Below the pieces are notes generated by a model that saw only the letters and a program-made list of their open reading frames with translations, searched no databases and had not been told where the DNA came from. A stretch of DNA of 64,000 nucleotides, taken from NCBI GenBank assembly GCA_044344255.1, contig JBIJDH010000022.1, positions 32,001 to 96,000 on the forward strand. Reading direction: 5' to 3'. Source of the DNA: Myxococcota bacterium (GTDB lineage Bacteria; Myxococcota_A; UBA796; UBA2385). Shown in pieces: positions 45,770 to 58,734 of the stretch. Each line of letters begins with the position of its first letter. Position 1 is the stretch's first letter. A program made the translations under genes and the position numbers.

Positions 45770-46423
45770 TTAGCGCGCGCGGCCGGGCCGCTCGCCTCGC
45801 TCCGACCAACCTTCGACGAGCTCCTGGCGCTGCTCGACGGTGAGGATGGCGGAGAGGCCCACCACGGCGTCGACGACGACGCGGCTGCCCTGGTCCGCGA
45901 GGGCGAGGCCGCGCTGCCGCACCCCCTCGAGGGCGGCCGGATCGACGGTCTCGGCGGAGACCGCGTCGAGCGCCTCCTCGTGCAGGTCACCCTTCTCGGC
46001 GTGGAGGGCCGCGAGGCGCGGGGCCAGGTCTCCGATGAGGGTGTCGATCTGCGCCATCTGCTCGTCGGTGGCGTCGACCCGGCCGAAGAGGTGCTCAGCG
46101 CCGCGGCTCATGTGCGACTCGATCGAGGCGGCGTCGACCTCGCCACCCCAGCCGTGGCGGCCACAGGAGCCGCCGTGGCCCATCGGACCGGCCCAGGCCC
46201 AGGAGATCGGCACGGCGATGAGGGCGAGCAGGGCGGCGCCCTTGAAGAGGCGTCGCAGGCCGCCCCGGCCGCCCCGGCTTCCCCGGTGGGCACAGCGGCC
46301 ACCGGGACCGCAGCGTCCCGCGCGCCCCTCGGGGCCGGCGCCGGGGGTGGAGTCGGCGGAGGTGGGATCGGCGGGGCTGGCAGAGGGGGTGGGGTTCTCG
46401 GAGGACATATTCTCGGAGGACAT
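45770..46423 (-). CDS. Spy/CpxP-family periplasmic protein
   Basis: Signal-like stretch, ATDEQ...I and ILTVEQR (LTxxQ) motifs, upstream of a two-component pair. Confidence 0.8.
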   Translation of the reverse strand: MSSENMSSENPTPSASPADPTSADSTPGAGPEGRAGRCGPGGRCAHRGSRGGRGGLRRLFKGAALLALIAVPISWAWAGPMGHGGSCGRHGWGGEVDAASIESHMSRGAEHLFGRVDATDEQMAQIDTLIGDLAPRLAALHAEKGDLHEEALDAVSAETVDPAALEGVRQRGLALADQGSRVVVDAVVGLSAILTVEQRQELVEGWSERGERPGRAR

Positions 46424-46568
46424 GGGAGCTCCAGGGCTGGGTTGAGTCCACCGCGGCTCGCGGTGGCTCTCCTCACTTCGCCCCCGACCATTTCGCCCCC
46501 GTTTCGCCTCCGTGAAGAAGTGTGAAGCGACCGTTCACCCGGGGCCGCTCCTCGGCACCAAGGGGCGA

Positions 46569-48365
46569 CTATCCGCCGAGCCGCTCCAACATCGCCGAGC
46601 AGCGGCCCTGCTCCGCTCCCTCGAGGCGCGGGCAGGCCGAGCCGAGCACCCGCCGGGCGTCCTCCCGCCGCTCGGCCTCGGCGAGCTTGGAGCCGAACCA
46701 ATAGAGGTCAGTCGGCGAGGTGCCCGGGCGGGTGGCCACCCGGAGCGCGCCGGTCCAGTCGCCCTGCTCGACGTAGATGCGGAGGCCGAGGCCGGCGATG
46801 CCGCGGTCGAGGTCGGCGTTGTCGGAGGCCGGGGCCTGGAGCGCCTCCGCGATGAGGGCGAGCGCGCCCGCCCCGTCGTTGGCCTTCTTGCGCATCAGCG
46901 CGTGGTTGTAACGCGTGACCGTGGGCACCTTCGCCCCGGTCGTCTGGGCGAAGAGGAGGTCGGACCGCCGCAGGTCGCCGAGGTCTACCGCGCAGCCGTG
47001 GCCCATCACCGACATCTTCGCCGCGTCGCCGCCCTGCAGCTTGAGCTCCTCGAGGGCGGCCCCCACGGTAGACAGGCAACCCTCGGCGTCGCCGGCCTTT
47101 CGGAGGGCGACGGCGAGGTTGTAGCGGTCGGCCGAGTCCGTCGAGCGGCCGAGGGCCTCCCGGGCCTTCGGGCCCAGGTGCTGCGGGCTCGTGGTGGCGA
47201 GCTGCCCGGCGGCCTGGAGCAAGCGGAAGTGGCCCGGCCAGCCCGCGAGCCCGCCTTCGACGGCCGCCCCGGCCTCGGCCCCCTTGCCCTGGGCGAGCCG
47301 GAGCCGGGCGGTCGCCGCGGCGAGGTTGGCCTGGTCGCCCATGCTGCCCTTGAGCTCGCCGAGCCGCTTCTCGGCGGCGGAGTAGTCTCTTGCTTCGATG
47401 AGGAAGACCACGAGCTGCCCGGCCCCGTCCCCCATCATCTCGCGGAGGCGCGCCTCGTCGGAGGCGGTGAGGATGCCCGTCATCGTCCCGTTCTGGTGCA
47501 GATCGATCCAGGGCTTCCCTTGGAGGCCCAGCGTATAGTCGGCCTTCGCCCCCGCCCGGTCCCCCGACATCTCGCGGGCGCGGCCGCGGAGGAGGAGGGC
47601 CTGCACGTCATCGGGCCGCTCCTGGAGCAGGGGCTCGAGCACGGTCTTCACCGCGGCCCAGTCATACTCATTGGCGTGATCGACCGCCTGCGCCAGCACC
47701 ACCATCCGGTCGAGCCCGAGGCGGCTGGCCACCGTGCCCACGCTGTCGACCCGCCCGCCCACCCGCGTGATGGCGGCGGCGATGAGGTCGAAGGTGGCCG
47801 CGTTCTTACAGGCGGGGAGCCGGGCCTCGGCGGTGGCGGAGTCACCCGCCTCGGCGGCGAGCTGGACCTCGAAGCAGGCGATCACCGGGTCAGGGAGCTC
47901 GGCGCGGGCGGCCTCGATGTCGGCCCGGGCGGCCGTGAGCTCGGCGGTGCGCAGGTAGACCTGCTGTAGCGTGGCGTGGGCCTCGATCGAGCCCGGATCG
48001 GCGCTCACGGCCTTCTTCGCGTAGCTCCGCGCCGCGTCGAAGTCCTGGCGCACGAAGGCGAGCTCGGACAGGGCCACCAGCAGCTCGACCTGTCCGGGGA
48101 AGGCGAGGATGGCCGCGTCGAGGGCCGCCTTGGCCTCCTCGAGCCGCCCTTGCCGCAAGAGCGTGAGCGCGAGGCCGTGCTGGGCCATCCCGCAAGAGGG
48201 GTCCCGCGCCAGCACGGACTTGAAGGCGGCCTCGGCCTCCGAGAGGCTGCTCCCGCCGAGCGCGGCGATGCCCTTGCTGTAGGCCTTCTGGTCGCGGGCC
48301 TGGGGTGCCCAGTCGGCCCGGGCGGGCGCGAGGAGGAGCGAGAGAGACAGCAGGAGGGTCCACAT
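46569..48365 (-). CDS. Secreted tetratricopeptide-repeat protein
   Basis: Signal peptide ending ARA, repeated A...F..VL..DP....A..GLA TPR patterns. Confidence 0.82.
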   Translation of the reverse strand: MWTLLLSLSLLLAPARADWAPQARDQKAYSKGIAALGGSSLSEAEAAFKSVLARDPSCGMAQHGLALTLLRQGRLEEAKAALDAAILAFPGQVELLVALSELAFVRQDFDAARSYAKKAVSADPGSIEAHATLQQVYLRTAELTAARADIEAARAELPDPVIACFEVQLAAEAGDSATAEARLPACKNAATFDLIAAAITRVGGRVDSVGTVASRLGLDRMVVLAQAVDHANEYDWAAVKTVLEPLLQERPDDVQALLLRGRAREMSGDRAGAKADYTLGLQGKPWIDLHQNGTMTGILTASDEARLREMMGDGAGQLVVFLIEARDYSAAEKRLGELKGSMGDQANLAAATARLRLAQGKGAEAGAAVEGGLAGWPGHFRLLQAAGQLATTSPQHLGPKAREALGRSTDSADRYNLAVALRKAGDAEGCLSTVGAALEELKLQGGDAAKMSVMGHGCAVDLGDLRRSDLLFAQTTGAKVPTVTRYNHALMRKKANDGAGALALIAEALQAPASDNADLDRGIAGLGLRIYVEQGDWTGALRVATRPGTSPTDLYWFGSKLAEAERREDARRVLGSACPRLEGAEQGRCSAMLERLGG

Positions 48366-48534
48366 GGCGGGCTACCTCGTCCGATCAGCGGCGGGGTGGG
48401 AGGTCGACGTGGCAGTCTGACACGCGGGAGGCCGGGCCGTTCCCCCCGCGGCGCGGCGGCCTCGCCAAGGGGCTGTCAAGGGCAGGAGCCGACGCCGGGA
48501 GGCGACGACCGGGCAAGCTAGTTAGGTCCATGGG

Positions 48535-49731
48535 ATGACGCTCCCCGACCAGCTGATCCTCGAACGATTCCGATGCTTCCCAACCTGGGTCACGCTGCCG
48601 CTTAGTCCCATCACCCTGGTGTACGGCTCCAACAACTCAGGGAAGAGCGCGTTGCTCCGGTCGCTCGCCTTGCTCGGAGCGTCGCTCGAACCGAACGGGA
48701 CCACAGCCATCCGTTTGCCCGAGCAGGCGTTCCCCGGTTGCCGCTTCCAAGACCTCGCCTGGCAGGGAGATTACGGCAGCTACGCTTGGAAGCTGGGCGT
48801 ACGCTGGTCGCAGTCGGAGATTTCCGAGGCGTTGTTCACGCTCAATGGCGCAACAGACACGCCCCCCTTCATCGCCCGACTGGACTTGCGGAGCCCAGGG
48901 TCGGTCCCCCCTTGGCGAGCCATGGCCGACGAGGATCGACGGCTGATCGATCCGCGAGCCGGTACCCCGCTTCCGTTCGACGGCCTGATACCTGCCACGG
49001 ACGCCTTGGACGACCTGCGAAGTCAGCTACTGCCGCTCCGCGGAAAGGTGCGCTGGCTCGCCGGGGTGCGCCAAAAGGTCCCGAGAGTCATAGAGGCCCC
49101 CACGCAAGCGATACCGTCGATGTTCGGTGATGGAGAGGGATCCGCCCACGCCGTGGCGTTCGACTCCGACCTCCGTGAGGACGTTGCGAGTTTCTACGAA
49201 AACCTCGACTCGCCACGTCGATTGGAGGTGCACGAGTCGCCGCCACTTGGTCGTTGGCTCTCCCTCAACCCGAAGAGCCAACCGCTGTGGAGGGTCCACA
49301 TCAACGACACGGGGGAGGGGATGGCCCAGGTCCTCCCTGTGTTGACGCAGGCGGCCCTGACAGCCCGAGAGGGGGGCTTGCTCGCGGTTGAAGAGCCAGA
49401 GAGCCATCTCTACCCCTCGGCGCAGCGCACTTTGGCCCGACACATCTGCTCGCTCAGCATGCGCAACAGCTCCCCCAGGTACATCCTGGAGACTCACAGT
49501 CGCGTTTTCCTATTGGCCGTCCAATTGGAGGTCGCCAACGGATACCCTGCAGACAACGTACGAATCGTGTGGGTCGACCAGCTGCCCAGCGGACGAAGCA
49601 GCACCACGGTGCTCAAGCTACGCGATGACGGGCACCTCAGCGACGGTTGGCCTCCCTCCGCGCTGGGTGAAGACCTCGCGTTAGCGCGAGAGCTGTCGAG
49701 GTTGGGTCGTCGTCGAGAGGAGGGTCGATGA
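48535..49731 (+). CDS. ABC/AAA_21-type ATPase with DUF3696-like C-terminus (defence-associated)
   Basis: LERFRCF, Walker A YGSNNSGKS, GEGMAQVLPV signature, Walker B AVEEPESHLYP, ILETHS, terminal L..DG.L..GWP. Lower GC than flanks. Confidence 0.88.
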   Translation: MTLPDQLILERFRCFPTWVTLPLSPITLVYGSNNSGKSALLRSLALLGASLEPNGTTAIRLPEQAFPGCRFQDLAWQGDYGSYAWKLGVRWSQSEISEALFTLNGATDTPPFIARLDLRSPGSVPPWRAMADEDRRLIDPRAGTPLPFDGLIPATDALDDLRSQLLPLRGKVRWLAGVRQKVPRVIEAPTQAIPSMFGDGEGSAHAVAFDSDLREDVASFYENLDSPRRLEVHESPPLGRWLSLNPKSQPLWRVHINDTGEGMAQVLPVLTQAALTAREGGLLAVEEPESHLYPSAQRTLARHICSLSMRNSSPRYILETHSRVFLLAVQLEVANGYPADNVRIVWVDQLPSGRSSTTVLKLRDDGHLSDGWPPSALGEDLALARELSRLGRRREEGR

Positions 49732-50873
49732 TAATCCACCTTTCGAATGATCTGTTTGACCATCCAAACGAAACCGAGGACCGGACCCTTCGAAGATTGA
49801 TCTCGCGCATTGCAGACGATGACGATATCCACGCGCTTCTTATCGAGCCCGAAAGCGTTCCAGCGGACGAGCAAGATCCAATAAGGACGTGGATGAGTCG
49901 GCTTCACGAGTCCGACCAGCGTACATTCATTTCCTTGTGCAATCATGGGCCTCTCGTTCAACAAATGAATTACCCAGGAGCACCTTCCCATCGGCCACAC
50001 TGCTGGCGAAGGCCCGGACCGCTTGAGGTCCACGTCCAGCGAAGGGCTGGTAGCGACTGGAAGAGCCTCCACCTCTGCCTGTCGGACACTCTGGACCTCC
50101 TCCAAGAACCTATTCACCTATATCTTGAAAACGCTCGGCACGACTTCCGATTTGTACACTTTCTAGGCAGCTCTCATCACCGAGCAAGCCTATCGCGCTT
50201 AGAGACGTTGCCAGCACGAATGGTAATCCATGGAGGAGGCACCGGGGAACTTCACGGGTGGCTGCGCCCGTTGGCCGAAAAGGATAACATCAGCGCGGTT
50301 GAGATGCGCCGTATTTGGAAGAGTTGGGTCCTCTTTGACAAGGACGCAGCCGAATCCGATGCGCGACAACCGAGCGACTCTATCCTTAAGCTCATCTCTC
50401 TTTGCGAGCGGGTTTTGGCACAACACGGGGTACCCATTTCCTGGATCTGCCTCCAACGAAGAGAGATCGAGTCATACATCCCCGATGCAGGATTGCCTCG
50501 CAACACACAGAAGCGGAAAAAATTTACGCGACTCCGGGACCGTCAAGACCGGCGAGACTGGGCCTGGGCCTACGACATGAAGGGAGGATTGCGAGGCGAT
50601 TTGGTTGCATCTGTTCCCAAGGCACGGAGGGATCAGCTCAATGCGATTGGCCAAGTCCCGCAGGCACAAGAATTGAAGTCACCCTTCAACCAGCTCGATC
50701 CCACGGAACGACGGGAGCTCGCGCACGGATTCGGCAACAGCGTACTGAACGCCGCACTCACCAAGGATCCTCCTCCCGAATGGCTCGATGAGCTCGCCGC
50801 CGAGTACGACCGAGGCCCCGACTACCAGCTCCCGCGCGCCGAGCTCCTCCAATCTATATTTGACAGGATGTGA
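49728..50873 (+). CDS. Hypothetical protein with TOPRIM-like motifs
   Basis: LYLENARHD (conserved-Glu strand), IHGGGTG, VLFDKD (DxD), LQRREIESYIP. ATGA overlap with the ATPase gene. Confidence 0.7.
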   Translation: MIIHLSNDLFDHPNETEDRTLRRLISRIADDDDIHALLIEPESVPADEQDPIRTWMSRLHESDQRTFISLCNHGPLVQQMNYPGAPSHRPHCWRRPGPLEVHVQRRAGSDWKSLHLCLSDTLDLLQEPIHLYLENARHDFRFVHFLGSSHHRASLSRLETLPARMVIHGGGTGELHGWLRPLAEKDNISAVEMRRIWKSWVLFDKDAAESDARQPSDSILKLISLCERVLAQHGVPISWICLQRREIESYIPDAGLPRNTQKRKKFTRLRDRQDRRDWAWAYDMKGGLRGDLVASVPKARRDQLNAIGQVPQAQELKSPFNQLDPTERRELAHGFGNSVLNAALTKDPPPEWLDELAAEYDRGPDYQLPRAELLQSIFDRM

Positions 50874-50874
50874 G

Positions 50875-52512
50875 ATGAGCGAAATGCTTGAGCGGACCAG
50901 TTTTGACACGCCGACCCTCCCTCGCCTCGCGATCATCATCGCGGAACTCCAGCGTGGGGTCTACCAAATTCCGGAGTTTCAACGACCCTCCGTTTGGGAA
51001 GACGACCAAAGACTGGGACTGATGGACAGCATCGCGAAGGGTCTACCCATCGGTAGCATTTTGGTATGGAGGTCGTCAAAGCACGTGCTCCAAACCTATC
51101 CCAGCGTAGCCGGTATTCCGGTTCCGAGATCGCCCAAAGAGGTTGACAAGCGCACCTACCTGATCGACGGCCACCAGCGGATCTCAACCCTGTTCGGAGC
51201 ACTAGTTCGGCCCACTCACCCACGCACAGGTCGAGACGCCAAGCGTTGGCCGATTTACTACGAGCTTGGTACGTCCGAGAGCCCAGCATTTAAGCTTCCT
51301 CCGGTACGTGGGGAAGTGCCAGCGCACTGGCTGCCGCTGGACATCCTGCTCGACAACAGGGCACTCTTCCGGTTTCGCGAGAGGCTATTTGCGAAAGGAG
51401 AAGACGCCCGAGCGGACGAGGTGGAGCGAATTGCCAATGTTTTCAAAGACTACATCATACCCGTCGTTCCCCTCGTAACGGAAACATTGGACCTCGTGAC
51501 CGACGCATTCGTTAGGATCAACAGTCAGGGTTCCGATATGACCGAAGCACACATGCTCCGAGCATTAACCTTTCTCAAGGGTGACATCGACACTGACCGA
51601 GGGTTCAAGCGCATTCGGGAAGCGCTCGAGCCGCTCGGCTGGGGGGAAATCCCAGACCAACCGCTGGTCAACAGTCTGAAGGCGGCGCTAGACCTAGATG
51701 TGTATCGGTCCTCTGTCACCGAAGTCAACGCTGCACTCCAAGAGAATCCCACGGCGCTGCTTCGGCTGCAAAAAGCGCTTCTCGAAGCTGTGTCCCTGCT
51801 CGCCAACATCGGGGTGCGTGGCTGGGGCGCTTTGCCGTACGCCTACCAGTTCGTCACCCTCGCCGCGCTGGCCTATCGCGATCTTGGTAGTCTGCAACGC
51901 AAGGAAGGGCCGCTGCGGCAATGGTTCTGGCGAACAACATATACGGAGCATTTCACGGGACAAACGGGCGGACAGATTCGCCGCGAAATTGACGTGCTCT
52001 CGATGATGCCCGACGACGGGGAAGCGGATATCGCGAAGGGGGTTGATGTCCCGGCGCTTAGCGGAAAGTTTAGGCAGGGAACAGTGCGAATCAAGGCCTT
52101 CCTCCTCTTTCTCGCGAGCAAGCCGAGCACAACCGAGGCGCGGGAGCGTAGACAGGAGGTTCTCGCTAAACTGCTTGGTTCGGGACGAGAGCGGAGGGCA
52201 CTGTCCCTTATCATTCCGAAACTTGGGGCTATCCCCGGGAACATTGTGCTCGCCGAGCAAGTAGAATTGGGCACAATTCGAAAGACAATGACAAGCGGTC
52301 ACCTCTCTTCGGAGCAAGCTGACGAGTTTGCCGTTCAAGGGCAGTTCGCAAACGCCTCATCTCTTGAGAGTCAGCGGACTCCGCAATGGATGGAACAGCG
52401 AACTGCGGTTCTGATCGCCGATGAAGCCACCTTCATCCGCAGCTTTGGCATCTCCATCACCGCTGGGAGCGGGGCGGAGCGGCAGGACGAGGGCGACGAC
52501 GACGACGCCTGA
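50875..52512 (+). CDS. DUF262 (ParB-like, GmrS-type) domain protein
   Basis: IPEFQRPSVW, LMDSI.KGLPIGSIL.W, LIDGHQRISTL, FVRINSQG. Confidence 0.88.
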   Translation: MSEMLERTSFDTPTLPRLAIIIAELQRGVYQIPEFQRPSVWEDDQRLGLMDSIAKGLPIGSILVWRSSKHVLQTYPSVAGIPVPRSPKEVDKRTYLIDGHQRISTLFGALVRPTHPRTGRDAKRWPIYYELGTSESPAFKLPPVRGEVPAHWLPLDILLDNRALFRFRERLFAKGEDARADEVERIANVFKDYIIPVVPLVTETLDLVTDAFVRINSQGSDMTEAHMLRALTFLKGDIDTDRGFKRIREALEPLGWGEIPDQPLVNSLKAALDLDVYRSSVTEVNAALQENPTALLRLQKALLEAVSLLANIGVRGWGALPYAYQFVTLAALAYRDLGSLQRKEGPLRQWFWRTTYTEHFTGQTGGQIRREIDVLSMMPDDGEADIAKGVDVPALSGKFRQGTVRIKAFLLFLASKPSTTEARERRQEVLAKLLGSGRERRALSLIIPKLGAIPGNIVLAEQVELGTIRKTMTSGHLSSEQADEFAVQGQFANASSLESQRTPQWMEQRTAVLIADEATFIRSFGISITAGSGAERQDEGDDDDA

Positions 52513-52617
52513 CAACCCCGCCCGAGTCGGCCCGCACTCTCCGGTGGCGTTCCCCGTTTGCCGTGGCATGTTGTCCGACCTGGACGACCGCCCTGGACGA
52601 CCGCCCCTGGAGACGAC

Positions 52618-55779
<3,162 letters not shown>

Positions 55780-55784
55780 AGCCC

Positions 55785-56195
55785 GTGCGCTCCGCCCGCG
55801 ACGCCCTGCTCGAGGCGATGATCCCCGCCCCGGGCGCCGGCCTCCCCGCGATGGCCGAGCTCAATCTCGCGCCCTTCTGGGCCCGGTTTGACGCGGTGGC
55901 GCCCCTCCCGCTCCGCCTCGGCTTCGGCGGAGTGGCGCTGCTGCTGGTCTACGCGATGCCCTGGCTCCTCGGCTTCGGCCGCCCCTGGGGGCGCCTCTCG
56001 CAGGGCGAGCGGGACCGGCTGCTCGAGCGCTGCGCCGCCTCGCCGCTGCTCGGGCCCACCCAGGACCTCGTGAAGCTCGTGGCCTGCTTCGCATACTTCG
56101 ACGACGGGCGCGTGCAAGCCACCCTGCGCGCAGGGCGGGGCCTCGACGGTCGGGGCCGCGCTCGAGCGTCTATCGGGCTCGACCCCGCCGGCTGA
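55785..56195 (+). CDS. Small GMC-associated protein (gluconate dehydrogenase subunit-3-like)
   Basis: LLEAMIP, ..LS..ERDRLL, VKLVACFAYFDD..V, upstream of a GMC gene. Confidence 0.65.
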   Translation: MRSARDALLEAMIPAPGAGLPAMAELNLAPFWARFDAVAPLPLRLGFGGVALLLVYAMPWLLGFGRPWGRLSQGERDRLLERCAASPLLGPTQDLVKLVACFAYFDDGRVQATLRAGRGLDGRGRARASIGLDPAG

Positions 56196-56458
56196 GGAGG
56201 CCGGCGTCGCGCCGCCGGGCACCCCCGCGTCCGTCGAGGGGGACCGCGTCCGCCCGTCGCCGGCGCCCTCGCCCGTCCCGGGAGGCTGCGCCGCTCCATC
56301 GCGCTCGCGCTCGACGGGCGAGGGTGAGCCTGAGGCGCCATCGGGCCCCTTCCCAAGCGTCGAGCCGCAGCGTACCTTGCCGACGTGGACGCCCGCATCG
56401 CCTGCCTCGACGACCCCCACCACCCGCGCGCGCACACCACCCGGCGCGGCGCTCCCCG

Positions 56459-57958
56459 ATGAGCGCCTTTGACGGTCGTGCCCTCCGCCAGCACGCCGCG
56501 ATCGAGGCCGACGTCGTGGTCGTGGGCAGCGGCCCCGCAGGCTCCGCCGCGGCGCGCGTGCTCGCCCAGGGCGGCGCGAAGGTGGTCGTCCTCGAGGCCG
56601 GCCCGCGGGTCGCCCCCGCCGACTCCGCGCTCAGCGCCTTCGCCTCGATGGCCGCGACCTACCGCGGCCTCGGCGCCACGCTGGCCCTCGGGCGGGCCGC
56701 CACCCCCCTCGTCCAAGGCAAGATGGTGGGCGGGAGCTCCCCCATCAACGGGGCGATCTGCTGGCGCCTGCCCCGCGACGTCTACGAGGAGTGGCGGCAG
56801 GCAGACCCCGCCCTCCAAGACGAGCTCCCCTGGGAGGCGCTCGAGGCCGTCACCAATGAGGTGGAGGCGCGGCTCGACGTCGCTCCCACCGACCCCGCCG
56901 TCGCCGGGCGCAAGAACACGCTGATGGCCCAAGGAGCCGAGGCCCTCGGCCTCGCGCACCGCCCGATCCGCCGCAACGTCCAGGGATGCGAGGGCCTCGG
57001 CCGCTGCTTGCAGGGCTGCCCCGCAGGCCACAAGCGCTCCGCCGACCAGACCCTCCTCGCCGACGCCGAAGAAGCGGGGGCCGCGGTCTACGCCTCCGTG
57101 GAGGCCCGCGCGGTCACGGTGCGGCGCGGGCGGGCCACCGAGGTCGTGGCAGAGGCCGCCGGGGGCGCCAGGCTCCGCGTCTCGGCCCGCCACGCCGTCG
57201 TCCTCGCCGCGAGCGCCGTGCAGACCCCCGCCCTGCTCTTAGAGAGCGGCATCCGCCACGGCCCCGTCGGTGAGGGCTTCCAGGGCCACCCGGGGGTGTC
57301 GATGGCGGGGCGCTTCGCCGAGCCCGTACGCATGTGGGAGGGAGCCACCCAAGGCCACGAGGTCACGGGCCTCCGCGGAGAGGGCCTGAAGTTCGAGGCC
57401 CTCGGCTTCGACCTCACCCTGCTCGCGGCCCGCCTGCAGGGGTCCGGCAGCGCCTTCGCGGCCCGCCTGACCGACCTCGACCACTGGCTCGAGTGGGGGG
57501 CCGCCGTGCGCTCCACCGCGCGCGGGCGGGTGCGGGTGCTCTTCGGCCAGACCCTCGTGACATGGAGCCCCACGGCGCTCGACCTCGCCCGCTACCGCCG
57601 CGGCCTTCGTGTGCTGGGCGAGCTGATGTTCGCGGCGGGGGCCGAGTCGGTCGCGCCGGGCCTCCGCGGCTTCCCGCACCGGCTCGACCACCCGAGCGCG
57701 CTCCGCGCCCTCGAGACCGACGGCCCAGAGAGCGCCGCGGCCTACCCCGCCGTCATCACGCACATGTTCGGCACCTGCAGAATGGGCACCGCCCCCCGCC
57801 GCTCGGTCGTGCGCCTCGACACCCGCCACCACGTCGTGGAGGGCCTCTACGTCGCCGACTCCAGCATCTTCCCCACCAACATCGGGGTCAACCCGCAGAT
57901 CCCGATCATGGCCCTGGCCACGCTCTCCGCCCGCCACGTGCTGGCTCGGGCCCTCTGA
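56459..57958 (+). CDS. GMC-family FAD oxidoreductase
   Basis: VVGSGPAG, VGGSSPING, C.GLGRCLQGCP, HMFGTCRMG, GLYVADSSIFPT..GVNP. Confidence 0.92.
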   Translation: MSAFDGRALRQHAAIEADVVVVGSGPAGSAAARVLAQGGAKVVVLEAGPRVAPADSALSAFASMAATYRGLGATLALGRAATPLVQGKMVGGSSPINGAICWRLPRDVYEEWRQADPALQDELPWEALEAVTNEVEARLDVAPTDPAVAGRKNTLMAQGAEALGLAHRPIRRNVQGCEGLGRCLQGCPAGHKRSADQTLLADAEEAGAAVYASVEARAVTVRRGRATEVVAEAAGGARLRVSARHAVVLAASAVQTPALLLESGIRHGPVGEGFQGHPGVSMAGRFAEPVRMWEGATQGHEVTGLRGEGLKFEALGFDLTLLAARLQGSGSAFAARLTDLDHWLEWGAAVRSTARGRVRVLFGQTLVTWSPTALDLARYRRGLRVLGELMFAAGAESVAPGLRGFPHRLDHPSALRALETDGPESAAAYPAVITHMFGTCRMGTAPRRSVVRLDTRHHVVEGLYVADSSIFPTNIGVNPQIPIMALATLSARHVLARAL

Positions 57959-58011
57959 GCCCCCCGCCGAGGCTCGGCGTCGGCTACGCTCGCGGATGGA
58001 GGGCGCCCGCG

Positions 58012-58725
58012 ATGCGCGACTCAGGGAGAGGCAGCGCACGGCCCCCGCTCTTCCGCCGCCTGCCCGCCCCCGCCTCCCTCGACGAGCTGCGCGAACGCGC
58101 CGCGCTCATCGGCGGGCGCAGCCTCGCCGCCCTCGCCTGGGAGCTCGGCGCCACCGCGCCCGACGACCTCCGCCGCCACAAGGGCTGGGTGGGCCAGCTC
58201 ATCGAGGCCGCCCTCGGGGCCCCGGGCGGCGGCGCGCCCACGCCCGACCTCGCCGGTCTCGGCGTCGAGCTCAAGACCATCCCCATCGACGCGGAGGGCC
58301 GCCCGCTCGAGTCGACCTGGGTCTGCTCGGCGCCGATGGACGGCTCGATGGAGCCCACCTGGGCGGGCTCCCACGTGCGCCAGAAGCTCGCGAAGGTGCT
58401 GTGGGTGCCCATCCTCACCGAGCCTGGGGCGCCGCCGGCCGCCCGCCGGGTGGGAGAGGCCCGCCTCTGGAGCCCGAGCCCCGCCGAGGAGGCCCTCCTC
58501 CAGGCCGACTGGGAGGAGCTGGCCGAGATCATCGCCCGCGGCGAGCGCTGGCTGCTCCGGGCCGACCGCGGCCGCGTGCTCCAGCTCCGCCCCAAGGCCG
58601 CCAACCGGGAGGACAAGGTCTGGGTCGTCGATGAGGAGGGCCGCTGGATCACCGCCGTGCCCCAGGGCTTCTATCTGCGCAGCCGCTTCACCGCGGACCT
58701 CCTCACCACCCTGCGCGACCGGTAG
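58012..58725 (+). CDS. mutH: DNA mismatch repair endonuclease MutH homologue
   Basis: KGWVGQLIE..LGA, PD...LGVELKTIPI, PLEST.V, KL.KVLWVP, LWSPS, DWEEL, VLQLRPKAAN, GFYLR..FT. Confidence 0.9.
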   Translation: MRDSGRGSARPPLFRRLPAPASLDELRERAALIGGRSLAALAWELGATAPDDLRRHKGWVGQLIEAALGAPGGGAPTPDLAGLGVELKTIPIDAEGRPLESTWVCSAPMDGSMEPTWAGSHVRQKLAKVLWVPILTEPGAPPAARRVGEARLWSPSPAEEALLQADWEELAEIIARGERWLLRADRGRVLQLRPKAANREDKVWVVDEEGRWITAVPQGFYLRSRFTADLLTTLRDR

Positions 58726-58734
58726 GCTGTGGGA

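Noticed and set aside
46395..46423. 15-bp duplication at the start of the Spy/CpxP-like gene (MSSENMSSEN)
   Set aside because: Real but trivial. It only makes the start codon ambiguous.
48366..52617. Mobile-element boundaries (att sites, terminal repeats) around the defence island
   Set aside because: No integrase, transposase or tRNA. Only a 6-bp CTGACA is shared by the flanks, which is not significant.
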